Shown piece after piece: positions 18,835 through 30,465 of a DNA stretch of 64,000 nt. The stretch covers positions 96,001 to 160,000 of the IMG/VR virus record IMGVR_UViG_3300031813_000003; one strand, 5' to 3'. Source of the DNA: a virus. Lineage: Duplodnaviria; Caudoviricetes. A program made the position numbers and the translations under genes. Positions within the stretch are counted from its first letter, which is position 1, and the number at the start of each line of letters is the position of its first letter. The notes under the pieces are model-generated. The model was not told the origin of the DNA. It did not search any database and saw only the letters and a list, made by a program, of their open reading frames with translations.

Positions 18835-21336
18835 ATGCCCAAAATGCTGATAAATGCTTATCTAAGTAGCCCAAACACAATAACCCATATATATAGTCAG
18901 TGTGGTATTGTTAAGAAAGAAAAAGTAAACTTCAAACCGTTCCTAGGGTATCATGTAGGAGAAAATGATGTTACTACTTGGACTGATATGCATGGGAAGA
19001 AAGTAAAAGTAAAAATCTTTGATTCAATTATGGAAATGCGTAAATGGAAAAAAGAAAACAAAGGAATGGAAATATTTGGTGATATTGACGTAGTTGATAT
19101 GTTTGTAGCAACCAAATATAGGGGAGATATACATCTAGATAGAGCAGGAATGAAAATATTCAACATAGATATAGAAGTTTTTGTTTCTGAAGGTGCTGGT
19201 TTCCCTAAAGCAACTGAAGCAAAACATCCTATCAATGCAATTACCATAAACGAGATTTGTACTGGAACATTCACAACGTTTGCTTATATAGATTATGTTC
19301 CTCAAAATAGCAAAGAAAACTTCATAGTATGTACGAACGAAAAAGACTTACTATACAAGTTTCTTGATTTTTGGAACAAAGAAGACCCACAGATTATCAC
19401 AGGGTGGAACATCAATGGTTTCGATATTCCGTACCTAGTAAATCGTCTTCAAAATCTCTTTGGTTCTGAAGAAGTAAAACGTCTTTCAATAGATAAAGTC
19501 ATTACACCTATTAAAGAAATTGATAAGTACGGCAACGAACAGATACATTATGCTCTCCAAGGGCATATCATTTGGGATTATATTGAACTGTATAAGAAAT
19601 ATACCCAAGAAACAAGAGAAGAATACTCTCTATCCAACATCGCAATGGTTGAACTTGGGGATGACAAAATTGATTATCATGAAGAATATGATAACCTGAA
19701 CGATCTCTATCTGAAGAACCCACAATTATTCATTCAATACAACATCAAAGATACTGGACTAGTAGCAGACCTTGATTACAAACTAGATTATATCAATGTA
19801 GCAATGTCTATCATGCATAAAGCAAAGTGCAGACCTGATAAAATATTTGGTACTCTAGCTCCTTGGGACTGTCTCATCTATAACAATCTCTTATCAAGGA
19901 AAATGCTTTGCCCTCCAAATACAAATCATAGTAAACAAGACTTTGTTGGTGGATTTGTTGGTATACCAAAAGTAGGGTTACATTACTGGCTTGAAGTCAT
20001 CGATATTGTGAGTTCATACCCTAATCAGATCAGGTCTTATAATCTATCTCCTGAAACAGCAATTCCACAAGATACTCTTCCCCAAGAATTGTTAGACATA
20101 CAACATAAGTACACAGGAATTGATATTTGCGCTGATCTGGAAAAGACAAAAGATATAGGAGCAATCCTAAGAAAGCATAAAGTATCCTTCACATCAAATG
20201 GTCATTTCTTTGACATTTCTAAAGAAGGTATTATTCCTGCGATATTCACAGAACTGTTCCAGCTGCGTAAATCATATAAGAGAGAGAAAAAAGAACATGA
20301 TAAAGCAGGGCGTGTTCGTGAATCTAAAATTGCTGACTTGTACCAGTATACAATCAAGATTCTTCTTAACTCTGGATATGGTGCATTAGCTAACAATTAT
20401 AGTAGATATTTTGATATTAGGATTGGTGAAGCAATCACATCAAACGGTCAAGTAGCTTGTAAAGGAATGATCAATACTATAGAACACAAGTTGGGTATCC
20501 CTGTAGTCTATGCCGATACAGACTCCAACTTCATTTCTCTAGAATCAGTCATTGATAAATGTTTCAAAGGTAAAGAAGTAGACACAAAACGTAAACTTGA
20601 CTTTATTCTTCAGTATCATGAAAAGTGCATTCAGCCAGCAATCGATGAATTCTTCCAAGGGTTGAAAGTAAACATGAATATGAGAGAACTGACCATTGGA
20701 GTTGAAGCAGAATGTATTGCTGATGTTACTATATTTACTGCCAAGAAACGGTATATCATGAACAAGGTATGGGATGAAGGAACTTTCTTACTGGATCATC
20801 CTAAGAGGAAGATTAGGGGAATTGAAATAGTTCGTTCTTCTACTCCAAAGTTAATACGTGAAAAATTAAGGGAAGCAGTTGATATCATATTCACCACAAA
20901 ATCAAATGATAATCTAATTGACTTTGTTGATGACTTTAGGAATGAATTCAAAACTCTTCCAATAGAAAGAATTTCATCCCCTGTGTCGGTTACTTTTAGT
21001 GATTATACTATTGACTCAAAGGGGTTGCCTATTGGTGTTCGTGCAGCATTCTCATTTAATGCATACCTCAGAAGAATGAAGTTGAACAACAAATATGTAC
21101 CAATTGTTGATGGTGATAAAATAAGACATTGTTATATTAAGCAACCTAATCACGTAAGATCACATGTTATCGGATTCATAGGTAAACTCCCAAATGAAAT
21201 GTTAGATACATTTCAGATTGATTATAACCTACAATTTCAAAAGACCTTCGTTGCGCCATTAGAAAAAATTCTAAATGCAATCAACTGGAATATTGAAAGA
21301 ATTCAAACACTTGAAGATTTGTTTTCATATGATTAA
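18835..21336 (+). CDS. 43: Family B DNA polymerase, T4 gp43-like
   Basis: DIEV (ExoI), TGWN..GFDIPY, YNIKD, DIVSSYP, KILLNSGYG, YADTDS, KKRY. Confidence 0.97.
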   Translation: MPKMLINAYLSSPNTITHIYSQCGIVKKEKVNFKPFLGYHVGENDVTTWTDMHGKKVKVKIFDSIMEMRKWKKENKGMEIFGDIDVVDMFVATKYRGDIHLDRAGMKIFNIDIEVFVSEGAGFPKATEAKHPINAITINEICTGTFTTFAYIDYVPQNSKENFIVCTNEKDLLYKFLDFWNKEDPQIITGWNINGFDIPYLVNRLQNLFGSEEVKRLSIDKVITPIKEIDKYGNEQIHYALQGHIIWDYIELYKKYTQETREEYSLSNIAMVELGDDKIDYHEEYDNLNDLYLKNPQLFIQYNIKDTGLVADLDYKLDYINVAMSIMHKAKCRPDKIFGTLAPWDCLIYNNLLSRKMLCPPNTNHSKQDFVGGFVGIPKVGLHYWLEVIDIVSSYPNQIRSYNLSPETAIPQDTLPQELLDIQHKYTGIDICADLEKTKDIGAILRKHKVSFTSNGHFFDISKEGIIPAIFTELFQLRKSYKREKKEHDKAGRVRESKIADLYQYTIKILLNSGYGALANNYSRYFDIRIGEAITSNGQVACKGMINTIEHKLGIPVVYADTDSNFISLESVIDKCFKGKEVDTKRKLDFILQYHEKCIQPAIDEFFQGLKVNMNMRELTIGVEAECIADVTIFTAKKRYIMNKVWDEGTFLLDHPKRKIRGIEIVRSSTPKLIREKLREAVDIIFTTKSNDNLIDFVDDFRNEFKTLPIERISSPVSVTFSDYTIDSKGLPIGVRAAFSFNAYLRRMKLNNKYVPIVDGDKIRHCYIKQPNHVRSHVIGFIGKLPNEMLDTFQIDYNLQFQKTFVAPLEKILNAINWNIERIQTLEDLFSYD

Positions 21337-21339
21337 AAG

Positions 21340-21392
21340 TTGACATAACCCTCCTTTCGATGGTATAATTCATTATCTACTATCGAAAGGAG
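21340..21392 (+). promoter_or_regulatory. sigma70-type promoter with an anti-SD inverted repeat
   Basis: TTGACA-18-TATAAT with extended TG; CTCCTTTCGAT/ATCGAAAGGAG. Confidence 0.8.
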
Positions 21393-21398
21393 AATGTC

Positions 21399-21611
21399 AT
21401 GACAACTTCAGAACAACTTATAGAATTCTTAAAGCAATACCCAGGAGCAGAAATAGAAGTTCTGGTAAACAGAGTAAGAGGATATGAAGTATATGCTGAA
21501 TGGGAAACTCTTGATCTAGAATATCATACTAATATTATTGATGTGAGAAAAAAGAGTTTTACTGATCCTCCATTTCAAGGTAAAGTTTATATTAGATTAG
21601 GAGAAAGATGA
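21399..21611 (+). CDS. Hypothetical protein
   Basis: Promoter and SD upstream. Confidence 0.6.
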   Translation: MTTSEQLIEFLKQYPGAEIEVLVNRVRGYEVYAEWETLDLEYHTNIIDVRKKSFTDPPFQGKVYIRLGER

Positions 21612-22075
21612 AAACACCAAGGGAAGTAATAGATCAGATTCTAGAAAACAAGGTAAGACTAGCAACAGTTGATGTTCAAAAAGAGTTCATCCATCTTGAT
21701 AAAAACAATAAAGGTGAATGGACTCTTGTTATAACAAAATCACTTTTGGAGAAATCAGAATGAAACTTATATATAGACAACTTTTATTGGTATTGTTCAC
21801 TTCACTGTTTTTATATGGTTGGACTGAGCCTGTTGGAAGTATACTAAAAACAAGCACACCACTTACTTTTTTATTGAGTGCTGTGTGTTGGATGAATTTA
21901 CTTCCACAAAAATTTTTAGATAAATTATTAAACAGGTGATTACATATGACTCAACAAGAAAAAGATATCATTTTTGATATATATAAAAATATAGTAAAAT
22001 TTGCATACTCAAGTCATATTACAAGTGAAATTTATAAAAAGTATCCTGAAGCATTCTTCAGATCTAGGGAGTAGA

Positions 22076-23164
22076 ATGGCAGACATTACATTAACACCAG
22101 AACAACATCATGCTGTAAATCTCATTAAAAAATGGTTTACAAGTTCACATAAAAAAACACCTTTCATATTAGCAGGGCTTGCTGGAACAGGCAAAACCAC
22201 TATCATAAAACATATCACAAATGATCTAGAAATAAAAGATTATCAAATCAGATATTGTGCTTTTACAGGCAAAGCAGCACTTGTAATGAAATCAAAGGGA
22301 ATGTTAGCAACAACGATACATTCTCTAATTTATGAGCCTAGAACAGATGAAATGAAAAAGGTAAAATTTGTAAGGAAATCAAATTTAGGGGCTGATGTAA
22401 GACTGATCATATGTGATGAATCATCTATGATTGGGAAGGTAATTCAAGGTGATTTAGAATCTTATAGTATCCCCATTCTTTATGTTGGGGATCATGGGCA
22501 ACTTCCTCCAGTTGGAGATGATGTTACAAATTTAATGTTTAACCCAAATTTTAGATTGGAAACTATTCACCGCCAAGCCTTAGATAATCCAATAATTTGG
22601 ATAGCAAATCAAGCTAGAAAAGGAAAGTTTATCGAATATGGTAAATATGGATCAACTGTATTCAAAACTACAGCATCTAAGATAGGGATTGATGCTCTAA
22701 AAATTGCAGATCAGATCATATGTGGTAAAAATATTTCCAGAAAAAATATAAACAAACAAATGAGGGACTATTATGGATTTATTTCAGAATATCCTCAAGT
22801 AAATGATAAATTGATTTGTTTAAAAAACAATAGTCAGAATGGCTTAGTCAATGGAATGACTGGAACTTGTATGTCATTTGATGAATCAAAATTCAGAATG
22901 GATTTTATGTCAGATGAAGGTGATAACTATGATGACTTGATAGTTGATTATAATATCTTCAAAGGAACAAAATCTGACAAATACAACAAGATGATAGATC
23001 AATTTGATTTTGGTTATTGCATCACTTGTCACAAGTCCCAAGGATCGCAGTATAACAACGTGATTGTGTATGAAGAAAGACTAGGATTTGATAAAGAAAT
23101 GCATAACCGATGGTTGTATACGTCAATTACTAGAGCAGCAGAAAAATTGATCATTATATCATAA
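22076..23164 (+). CDS. Dda/RecD-like SF1B helicase
   Basis: GLAGTGKTT, AFTGKAA, DESSM, GDHGQLPPV, TCHKSQGS, LYTSITRA. Confidence 0.9.
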   Translation: MADITLTPEQHHAVNLIKKWFTSSHKKTPFILAGLAGTGKTTIIKHITNDLEIKDYQIRYCAFTGKAALVMKSKGMLATTIHSLIYEPRTDEMKKVKFVRKSNLGADVRLIICDESSMIGKVIQGDLESYSIPILYVGDHGQLPPVGDDVTNLMFNPNFRLETIHRQALDNPIIWIANQARKGKFIEYGKYGSTVFKTTASKIGIDALKIADQIICGKNISRKNINKQMRDYYGFISEYPQVNDKLICLKNNSQNGLVNGMTGTCMSFDESKFRMDFMSDEGDNYDDLIVDYNIFKGTKSDKYNKMIDQFDFGYCITCHKSQGSQYNNVIVYEERLGFDKEMHNRWLYTSITRAAEKLIIIS

Positions 23165-23172
23165 GGAAAATA

Positions 23173-24141
23173 ATGAAAAATAAATTATCACCATTAAAAC
23201 ACTTAGTAATCACTCATATGGATTATGATGGCATTGCATCATTGGTGAATATCTACAATATAGTAGAAGACAAAGAAAATAAATTTCAATACTATGCAGT
23301 AGGGTATCATAGTATTGATAAAACTTTACTAAAGATAAAACGAGATACCTTCGATGTGTTATGGATTCTTGACCTTAATCTTACCAAAGAACAGATTAAT
23401 ATTATAAAAACATATACAAATTACAATGCAATTATCTGGATTGATCATCACAGTTACGAATTCGATGTAAAAGCATATATCAAGGAAACCCCAGGATTCA
23501 GATGTTTCTTTATCCATGATGAAACCAAGTCAGCATGTTTAGCAACTAACGAGTATATTGGAAAGCGTTGGACTGAAGCGCAAGAGAATTGCCGTGAGTT
23601 TTGTTACCTTGGTGATCTCTATGATATGTGGAGGACTGACAACCCACGGTTTAACGAAGCATATGCCATAAATGACCTGTTTTGGGAATATCGCTATGAG
23701 AAGTTCTTCAATACCTTTAAGAACGGTTATAAGCTATCTAACGAGGACAGAAACACTATTCTTGCAATCCATAAGGAACGTAAAGAGTATGAAGCAGATA
23801 CAATGGCAAATTATGCCCAAGAGAATGAAGAATACAAAATTTTATATGTATTGAATCCTAAATGTAAACACATCAATCATATCACGTTGGCAGTGCCAGG
23901 AAAGAACTTTTATGTGATTATGAAAGAATTGTCTACTGAAAATATTGGGTATTCTATCAGGATTTACGATTCTGAATTTAATTTGACTTTACAAGAAGTT
24001 TTTGCTATAATGAAAAAAGTAGGAATTACAATAAACACAGCGGGTGGACATGAAAGAGTTGGCGGAATACAAATTCCAATAGAAGAAAATGAAAAGTTTT
24101 TAGAAACAATAAATGGGATATTTGAAAGGAAGATTAGATGA
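23173..24141 (+). CDS. DHH-family phosphoesterase
   Basis: THMDYDG, WIDHH, AGGH. Confidence 0.85.
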   Translation: MKNKLSPLKHLVITHMDYDGIASLVNIYNIVEDKENKFQYYAVGYHSIDKTLLKIKRDTFDVLWILDLNLTKEQINIIKTYTNYNAIIWIDHHSYEFDVKAYIKETPGFRCFFIHDETKSACLATNEYIGKRWTEAQENCREFCYLGDLYDMWRTDNPRFNEAYAINDLFWEYRYEKFFNTFKNGYKLSNEDRNTILAIHKERKEYEADTMANYAQENEEYKILYVLNPKCKHINHITLAVPGKNFYVIMKELSTENIGYSIRIYDSEFNLTLQEVFAIMKKVGITINTAGGHERVGGIQIPIEENEKFLETINGIFERKIR

Positions 24142-24310
24142 GTACTGAATTGAATGGTCTTTTGGCTAATATGCCAGAAGCAGATGTAAAGGTAGTAAAT
24201 GGAATTAAGAAGTCTATTATAACAGCAGTAAATCTTGATCCTGAATTAGGATTCTTAGCCCTAGCATTAGCAACTGATGAACTAAGAAGTATTGCGTTGC
24301 AACAAGAACC

Positions 24311-24541
24311 ATGATAGATAACGCATCACTTCAGATTGAAGAATTAAAAGTTTTAAGAGGATCATACATAGACGCAATACTTGAGTTTCAGCAAAAGCAT
24401 GAAATCCCCGATATTGAAGACCTCCTAGACATTATCAATCCTATCCTTTATGCAAAAATTGCTCAAGAATTTAAGGACAAAAAGCATTTTGCAAAAGATT
24501 CACCACACTATAAACAAAATAATCTAGAAGACTTATTTTAA
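24311..24541 (+). CDS. 33: Late transcription coactivator, gp33-like
   Basis: SYIDAILEF...I.P.L.AKI..E pattern; immediately upstream of gene 32. Confidence 0.65.
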   Translation: MIDNASLQIEELKVLRGSYIDAILEFQQKHEIPDIEDLLDIINPILYAKIAQEFKDKKHFAKDSPHYKQNNLEDLF

Positions 24542-24650
24542 GAATACTAGTATTTTTCTAGATAAATACTAGTGTAGAACAAATCAACCCTCCCAAAAGG
24601 AGCGGTATATAAAACACCTAAACGGTGTAATTAAAAGGAGAAGTACTATT

Positions 24651-25586
24651 ATGGCAGGTAAATTTCAATTCAGCTGGGACAAAGTAAAAGAAGATATCAA
24701 AACCGCAGACGCAAAAAAGGGTTACCAGAAAGACGAAAGACTCTGGAAACCAACTGTAGATGACAAAGGCAATGCAACCGCAGTAATCCGTTTCCTACCT
24801 GATCCTTCAGGAACTCCATTTGCAAAATACTATACTCATAACTTCGACTATATGGTTAATGGTGTTAAGAAGTACTGGATTAACAACTGTCTAAATACAT
24901 TCGGTTATGACAAAGAATGTCCAATCTGTAAAAAGAATCAAGAGTATTGGAATTCCGCTTTTGACTCTGACAAAGCAATCGCAAGCAAGCGTAAACGCAA
25001 GCTAGTTTTCAAATCTAACATCCTTGTAATCAAGAATCCTGCTAAACCAGAAGATGAAGGTAAAGTATTCCTTTATGAGTACGGGCAGAAGATTTATGAT
25101 AAGATCAAGGACAAAATGTTCCCATCTGACGAAATCAAAGCACTTGGGGAATATGATGAATATGTTCCTTGTGACCTTTATGAAGGTGCAAACTTCACCT
25201 TAATCCAAGTTAAACAAGGTGATTACCCAAACTATGATAAATCATCTTTTGGAAAACAAGGCCCTGTGGGTAAAGAAGCTTTAATTGAAGCGATCATGGG
25301 AAAAGTTTATGATCTTTCTGAATTTATGGCAGAAGATAAATTCCCAAAAAATGAAGAAGTAGTAACTAAACTTGGTGTTCTGCTCGGATTAACTGCAGCC
25401 ACTAAACCAGTTGAGGAAGAACATCGCAATACTCTAGTAGATGATGAACCACTAGATGATATCTCAACAAATATGTTACCAGTAGAAGATGATATTCCAT
25501 TTGATTTTGGTAGCTCTAATTCATCTAAAAGTGCTGAACCTTCTACCACATCAGAAGAAGTAGATTTCTTCAAAAATCTAGTATAA
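24651..25586 (+). CDS. 32: Single-stranded DNA-binding protein gp32
   Basis: DERLWKP...AVIRFLP, CPIC, NILVIKNP..PEDEGKVFLY.YG.KI, NYDKS; acidic tail ending DFFKNLV. Confidence 0.95.
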   Translation: MAGKFQFSWDKVKEDIKTADAKKGYQKDERLWKPTVDDKGNATAVIRFLPDPSGTPFAKYYTHNFDYMVNGVKKYWINNCLNTFGYDKECPICKKNQEYWNSAFDSDKAIASKRKRKLVFKSNILVIKNPAKPEDEGKVFLYEYGQKIYDKIKDKMFPSDEIKALGEYDEYVPCDLYEGANFTLIQVKQGDYPNYDKSSFGKQGPVGKEALIEAIMGKVYDLSEFMAEDKFPKNEEVVTKLGVLLGLTAATKPVEEEHRNTLVDDEPLDDISTNMLPVEDDIPFDFGSSNSSKSAEPSTTSEEVDFFKNLV

Positions 25587-25611
25587 CAAACTAATTCACT
25601 GAAGTAACTTG

Positions 25612-25644
25612 ACGGATATGGTCTTATGATCATATCCGTTTTTT
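25612..25644 (+). terminator. Intrinsic terminator after gene 32
   Basis: ACGGATATG...CATATCCGT followed by a T-tract. Confidence 0.8.
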
Positions 25645-25660
25645 ATGTTATTTTTAATAC

Positions 25661-25668
25661 TATAAATA
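25661..25668 (+). promoter_or_regulatory. T4-type late promoter of the baseplate operon
   Basis: TATAAATA 30 nt upstream of gp25. Confidence 0.75.
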
Positions 25669-25697
25669 ATATAAAATATCATAAGAGGATATAGTGA

Positions 25698-26096
25698 ATG
25701 GCAATAACATCACCAATTATATATTATAACGACATATCCAAGATAGGCAAAGACTTTGTTGGTAAACGAGATATATCTCAATTACTTAATGAACAAGCCG
25801 TTCTTGAAGCTGTTAAAAATATCATAATGACTGAACCAGGGGAAAGAGTGATGTTCCCTACGTTTGGATGTAGATTATCAGAGTTTTGTTTTTCACTTCT
25901 TGATCCTGTTTCAATTGTTTCTATTACAACAGAAATTACAAATTCAATTAGAAAATTTGAAGATAGAGTAGATAAGTTGAATATAAATATATCTGAATCT
26001 CCCGACTCAGAATCTATTCAGCTTATATTAGTTTTCAATATGAAAACTTCTAACAATCCACAGACCCTAGTTTTGGATTTAAACAAATTAAGATAA
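25698..26096 (+). CDS. 25: Baseplate wedge subunit gp25-like
   Basis: AV..AVKNII.T.PGERV..PTFGC; FEDRV. Confidence 0.9.
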   Translation: MAITSPIIYYNDISKIGKDFVGKRDISQLLNEQAVLEAVKNIIMTEPGERVMFPTFGCRLSEFCFSLLDPVSIVSITTEITNSIRKFEDRVDKLNINISESPDSESIQLILVFNMKTSNNPQTLVLDLNKLR

Positions 26097-26107
26097 GGAA
26101 CAACAAT

Positions 26108-29100
26108 ATGAATTTCGCATTAAATCCAGTAAAATTTGAAGATGTTAGAGGGCAAATTGTTAAATATTTACAAACTAATTCAAATTTCTCAGGACAGTTT
26201 GACTTTACTGCATCTAACATTGGATTAATTATTGATACAATGGCATATGTGACAATGTTAATGGCGTATCAAGTATCAAACACTACAAACAATTTGTTCC
26301 TAGATACAACTACAATAAGAGAAAATGCATTATCAATCACCAAAACAATGGGTTATAGACCACAACGATCTATAGCATCTAAAATTACAGGAACTATTGT
26401 ATATACAGATGCTACAAATGATCTAACAAATCATACAATAAAAATACCAGCATATACAACTTTCATTTCTGATACTGGATATTCATATGTAAATTATAAT
26501 GATATTATTCTTCAATCAATAGATTCACATAATTTATCATCAACTATAGTCCTTTATGAAGGAGTTCTAAAGACTTATACTTATCTAGGGAATGGAAATA
26601 TTTTTCAATCATTCACAATTCCTTCCAGTAAGATCGAAGAAAATCATTTTCAACTTTCAGTAAGAAAGAATAATGAAACTGATGGTACTTCCTGGGATGA
26701 AGTAAAAGCATCATTCAATATGCTAAATATGAATTCTTATTTTGTTGAAGAAGATATTTATAATATTGGATATGTTAAAGTTGTATTCGGTGATGGAACA
26801 ATCACTAATATCCCAGGCAATGATGAAATTGTAGATGTTCAATACTTAGAAACAAATGCTGATATTGCAAATGGTTCAAAATTAGTATCTGCCATTTATA
26901 ATAATCTTCAATTTTCAATTGGATTCCCATCTTATAATGTGAGTAATTTCGCTACATTGTCAAATAATGTAAGTGTGTCTTATGGTGGAACTCCAATAGA
27001 AACTATTGATATTATTAAAGAACGTGCCCCTAAAACATTTGCAACAGTTGGAAGGGCAGTAACCCAAAATGACTTTAATACAATTTTATCATCATACCCG
27101 TATGTACTAAAAGCAAATTCAATTGGTGGAGATAAACTTTACCCTAATGATAAAACAAAACTAGGAAATATTTTCCTAACAGCAATACCAATTCTACAAA
27201 ATATGAATGCGGATTTCTTTAACTCCAATTCTATATACATCAATACAACAGATGAGATTGATATTTTAAACACTCTCAATAGATATAGAATTCTATCTAC
27301 ATATTTAAGTTTCATCAAACCTTCTTACATTTATATTGAAATCTCACCAACTATTGAGATAAAATCAAATGCAAGCCAGATAGAACTTCAAACAATAAAA
27401 TCAAATGTTGATATTGCATTAACAGCATACGCAAGTTCAATGATAGATTTTGCTCCTACTTTCAGAGAAGCAAAAATAAACAGCATAATGTCAGGAATAT
27501 CTGGAATTCTATCTTCTAACTATACATCCCAATATGCATTTGCAATATCAAAAGATAGTATATATTACCCTGATACTAACAATAACTTTATATTGTTACC
27601 AGTAATAATCAAAACAAAAGATGCTTATGGAGATGTTACTGAATATACTAACTTTGTTAAAACCAATATAGAACAAGCTTCAATATTAGACATTGTTGCT
27701 CCTAATGTATTACCAATTCCTAGTAGAACAATATATGGTCAACTATCATCAGGTAACAACATAAAATATATCTATAATGAAGATGTTGTTGTTAATGGTA
27801 AAACAGAAACTTGTGATATAAAAATTGATGGTACTAACTATTTCTTTGATCTTTATAGGTTTGAAACTGATTTGACTAAAAATATCATCACTAATAATAA
27901 ATCATTTATTTTTAATGGTACAACATACCAATTGGTAGTAACACCAACATACTCTGTATCAGGAGCATATTCATATGATTCTTATACTCTATCAGTAAAT
28001 GATGGTACTAGTGTTAAAGTTTTCGGGCAGATAAACAGAGCTTCAAATAGAGAAAATGGATATAAAGGATTAGTGGATAAAGAATCTATTATAACAAGCA
28101 CAAATACAGGAGATTTTTATAAAGCAATACTAAATTTTCCAATCACAGGGTCAGATAAAAATTTTAATTATCTATATGTAGATGATGTTATTATCTACAA
28201 TGGAGCAGCATCAGGATCACCTTGGATGAAAGCAAATCTCAAAGGAACTGTTTCTGCAGTAACCGATAATGATATTCTAAACAAAATAGCCCAAAATTCA
28301 ATTTATTTGATAGCTCCTGGGATGAGTGGAACATTCTATGATTCAATAAATTCTATTAATAGAACTCCATACGTATCAGGTGGGCAACAAATTATGTTTA
28401 ATACCAATCCAAATTCTGGTTATAATTGGACTGTACTATCACATAAATCAACTACTTTTGATGCATCAACTCCAATAGTTAACTCAGTTACACCTTATGA
28501 AATTAAAAAAGTTGTAAACTTAAATTATGGAGAAACTACTACATTTGGAGGTAGAACAAATTCATCAACAAATCTAATAGACGGTGATTTGATATGTTAT
28601 AACCCAATAACAAACCAATGGTTTCTTGTTGGAAATACTTCACCTTCAGGATCAATAAACACATTACCTACTATAAATGCAAATCCTTTGTCAGGGGGAT
28701 CACTTGAAAGCTTCAATTATAGTACTCTATCAATAGGAACCTCTTATCTAGTATATAATATAGGAAATTTTGGTTCTTCAACAAATAGAATAAATTGGCC
28801 CTCTATTGATGATGTTTCTTATGATGGAGATGTTCTAATATATGTAGGGAATGGGATGTGGAATATCTGGCAAGAAAGTCAACCTGATTATTTCAACATT
28901 GATGGAACTATGATTTCTGCATTACCAATCAATATTAATTTTGGTGATACTTTCACAATTTCAATTTCAGGAAATTTCAAATCATCAGATTCTAATGCAT
29001 TGGTGTATAACACAGGAACTCAAATTGTATATACCGGTTCAGGGTCAGGAAACGACTCATGGACTCCATATATCGTTTCTAGCCCTAGTTCAGGACTAAC

Positions 29101-29710
29101 CCCTACCAATGCATCATATTTACCAATTGAAGCGTCTATAGGGGATATGTATACCGTTACAGCCAATGGCTCATTTTCCAATAGCTATATGATTTCACCA
29201 AGGAACGATTCATTCTCCCAAGGGGATGTTATCATATATAATGGAACTCACTATACCAAAGTAAATGAATATTCTTTTCAATATATCAATATTGACAATG
29301 ACATAACTGGTATGGATTTCATCAATAACACATTGAATTTAAATTCTGTATTTCACTATGAATATGATTACAGTACTAGATATTACAGGATGTATTTTAA
29401 TGATATATTTCATGGGGTTACCATTGGATCATTTAGATATACAGGAACTCCTAATACAGAAGTAAGTCTATATGATGTTGGAAAATTGACATTTGAAAGT
29501 AACTTAATTGGATCATATGACTATAATAACATATCTACAACCAAAACAATAAAAGATATTTTTGACGATAATGTAATTAGTAAAATTACATTCTTACCAA
29601 AAAATAAGTTAGACCCATTAGGTAACATCACAAATGAACCTGAAACAAATTTTGAAACTAACTTCAACACATTTATAATTTTGAACCCTAATGCATCACA
29701 GGTACAATAA
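26108..29710 (+). CDS. 6: Baseplate wedge subunit gp6-like with a large C-terminal expansion
   Basis: FDF..SN...IID.MAY, FLDT...RE, GYRP, FGDG, GG...ETI..IK.RAP, RAVT..DF. Confidence 0.9.
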   Translation: MNFALNPVKFEDVRGQIVKYLQTNSNFSGQFDFTASNIGLIIDTMAYVTMLMAYQVSNTTNNLFLDTTTIRENALSITKTMGYRPQRSIASKITGTIVYTDATNDLTNHTIKIPAYTTFISDTGYSYVNYNDIILQSIDSHNLSSTIVLYEGVLKTYTYLGNGNIFQSFTIPSSKIEENHFQLSVRKNNETDGTSWDEVKASFNMLNMNSYFVEEDIYNIGYVKVVFGDGTITNIPGNDEIVDVQYLETNADIANGSKLVSAIYNNLQFSIGFPSYNVSNFATLSNNVSVSYGGTPIETIDIIKERAPKTFATVGRAVTQNDFNTILSSYPYVLKANSIGGDKLYPNDKTKLGNIFLTAIPILQNMNADFFNSNSIYINTTDEIDILNTLNRYRILSTYLSFIKPSYIYIEISPTIEIKSNASQIELQTIKSNVDIALTAYASSMIDFAPTFREAKINSIMSGISGILSSNYTSQYAFAISKDSIYYPDTNNNFILLPVIIKTKDAYGDVTEYTNFVKTNIEQASILDIVAPNVLPIPSRTIYGQLSSGNNIKYIYNEDVVVNGKTETCDIKIDGTNYFFDLYRFETDLTKNIITNNKSFIFNGTTYQLVVTPTYSVSGAYSYDSYTLSVNDGTSVKVFGQINRASNRENGYKGLVDKESIITSTNTGDFYKAILNFPITGSDKNFNYLYVDDVIIYNGAASGSPWMKANLKGTVSAVTDNDILNKIAQNSIYLIAPGMSGTFYDSINSINRTPYVSGGQQIMFNTNPNSGYNWTVLSHKSTTFDASTPIVNSVTPYEIKKVVNLNYGETTTFGGRTNSSTNLIDGDLICYNPITNQWFLVGNTSPSGSINTLPTINANPLSGGSLESFNYSTLSIGTSYLVYNIGNFGSSTNRINWPSIDDVSYDGDVLIYVGNGMWNIWQESQPDYFNIDGTMISALPININFGDTFTISISGNFKSSDSNALVYNTGTQIVYTGSGSGNDSWTPYIVSSPSSGLTPTNASYLPIEASIGDMYTVTANGSFSNSYMISPRNDSFSQGDVIIYNGTHYTKVNEYSFQYINIDNDITGMDFINNTLNLNSVFHYEYDYSTRYYRMYFNDIFHGVTIGSFRYTGTPNTEVSLYDVGKLTFESNLIGSYDYNNISTTKTIKDIFDDNVISKITFLPKNKLDPLGNITNEPETNFETNFNTFIILNPNASQVQ

Positions 29711-29712
29711 TA

Positions 29713-30465
29713 ATGATAATAGATTTTATAACATCTTGTGCATCTATCATAAAAGTAAGTGATTATACTAATGCAAGCAATAATATGCTTTCAAATAATT
29801 ACTCTATAAAAACTACTGAAGATATTCAAGCATTTAACTTATTTGATAGTCCTGTGTCTGCATTGACCTTTACGTTTATATCATCAGAAGTTAAAAATTT
29901 AAAAGAGATTGATCTTGATTTTACAGGGGAAGTAACTGATGTTAAAATAGAAATATCAATAGATTATATAAATTGGTATGAACTTGATTATAAAAATGAT
30001 GATAAATATCTATATAAAAAGATAGGTGATCAATATATAAATCTATCTACATTTGAACCTATGGTTGGTGTTGTACCATATACATTCACTCAATTAAACA
30101 CATTTAGTAATACAGTATCATATATTTACAATCTACTTGAATGGAAGATTTTACGAATAACATTCAATGGAATATCTAACACAGCATATAACCCATTGAC
30201 TATATCAACTTTACAAATTTTAATAGATGATAATATCAGTACTGAAATAGATAGTTTATTGGAAGTTAAATCACCAATGTTTACCAAATCAAAAATTTTT
30301 GAAGAGGATGAAAACTATACATTCATACCCGATATGTTCACAAACTATCTAAAAATGTTAGAGGATAACAACACAGAACCAGATACTATAAACTATGTAA
30401 ATGTAAACTTAAATTTATCTCCAAGTGTATCAGCTAACTCTGATCTTAATACGGTGGTACAATGA
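29713..30465 (+). CDS. Probable baseplate/structural protein
   Basis: Within the late operon; Asn/Ile/Ser-rich. Confidence 0.55.
   Translation: MIIDFITSCASIIKVSDYTNASNNMLSNNYSIKTTEDIQAFNLFDSPVSALTFTFISSEVKNLKEIDLDFTGEVTDVKIEISIDYINWYELDYKNDDKYLYKKIGDQYINLSTFEPMVGVVPYTFTQLNTFSNTVSYIYNLLEWKILRITFNGISNTAYNPLTISTLQILIDDNISTEIDSLLEVKSPMFTKSKIFEEDENYTFIPDMFTNYLKMLEDNNTEPDTINYVNVNLNLSPSVSANSDLNTVVQ

Noticed and set aside
24588-24625. gp32 autoregulatory pseudoknot (also a gp43 operator near 18795-18825)
   Set aside because: Only 4-5 bp stems are visible; plausible by analogy to T4 but not supportable from this sequence alone.
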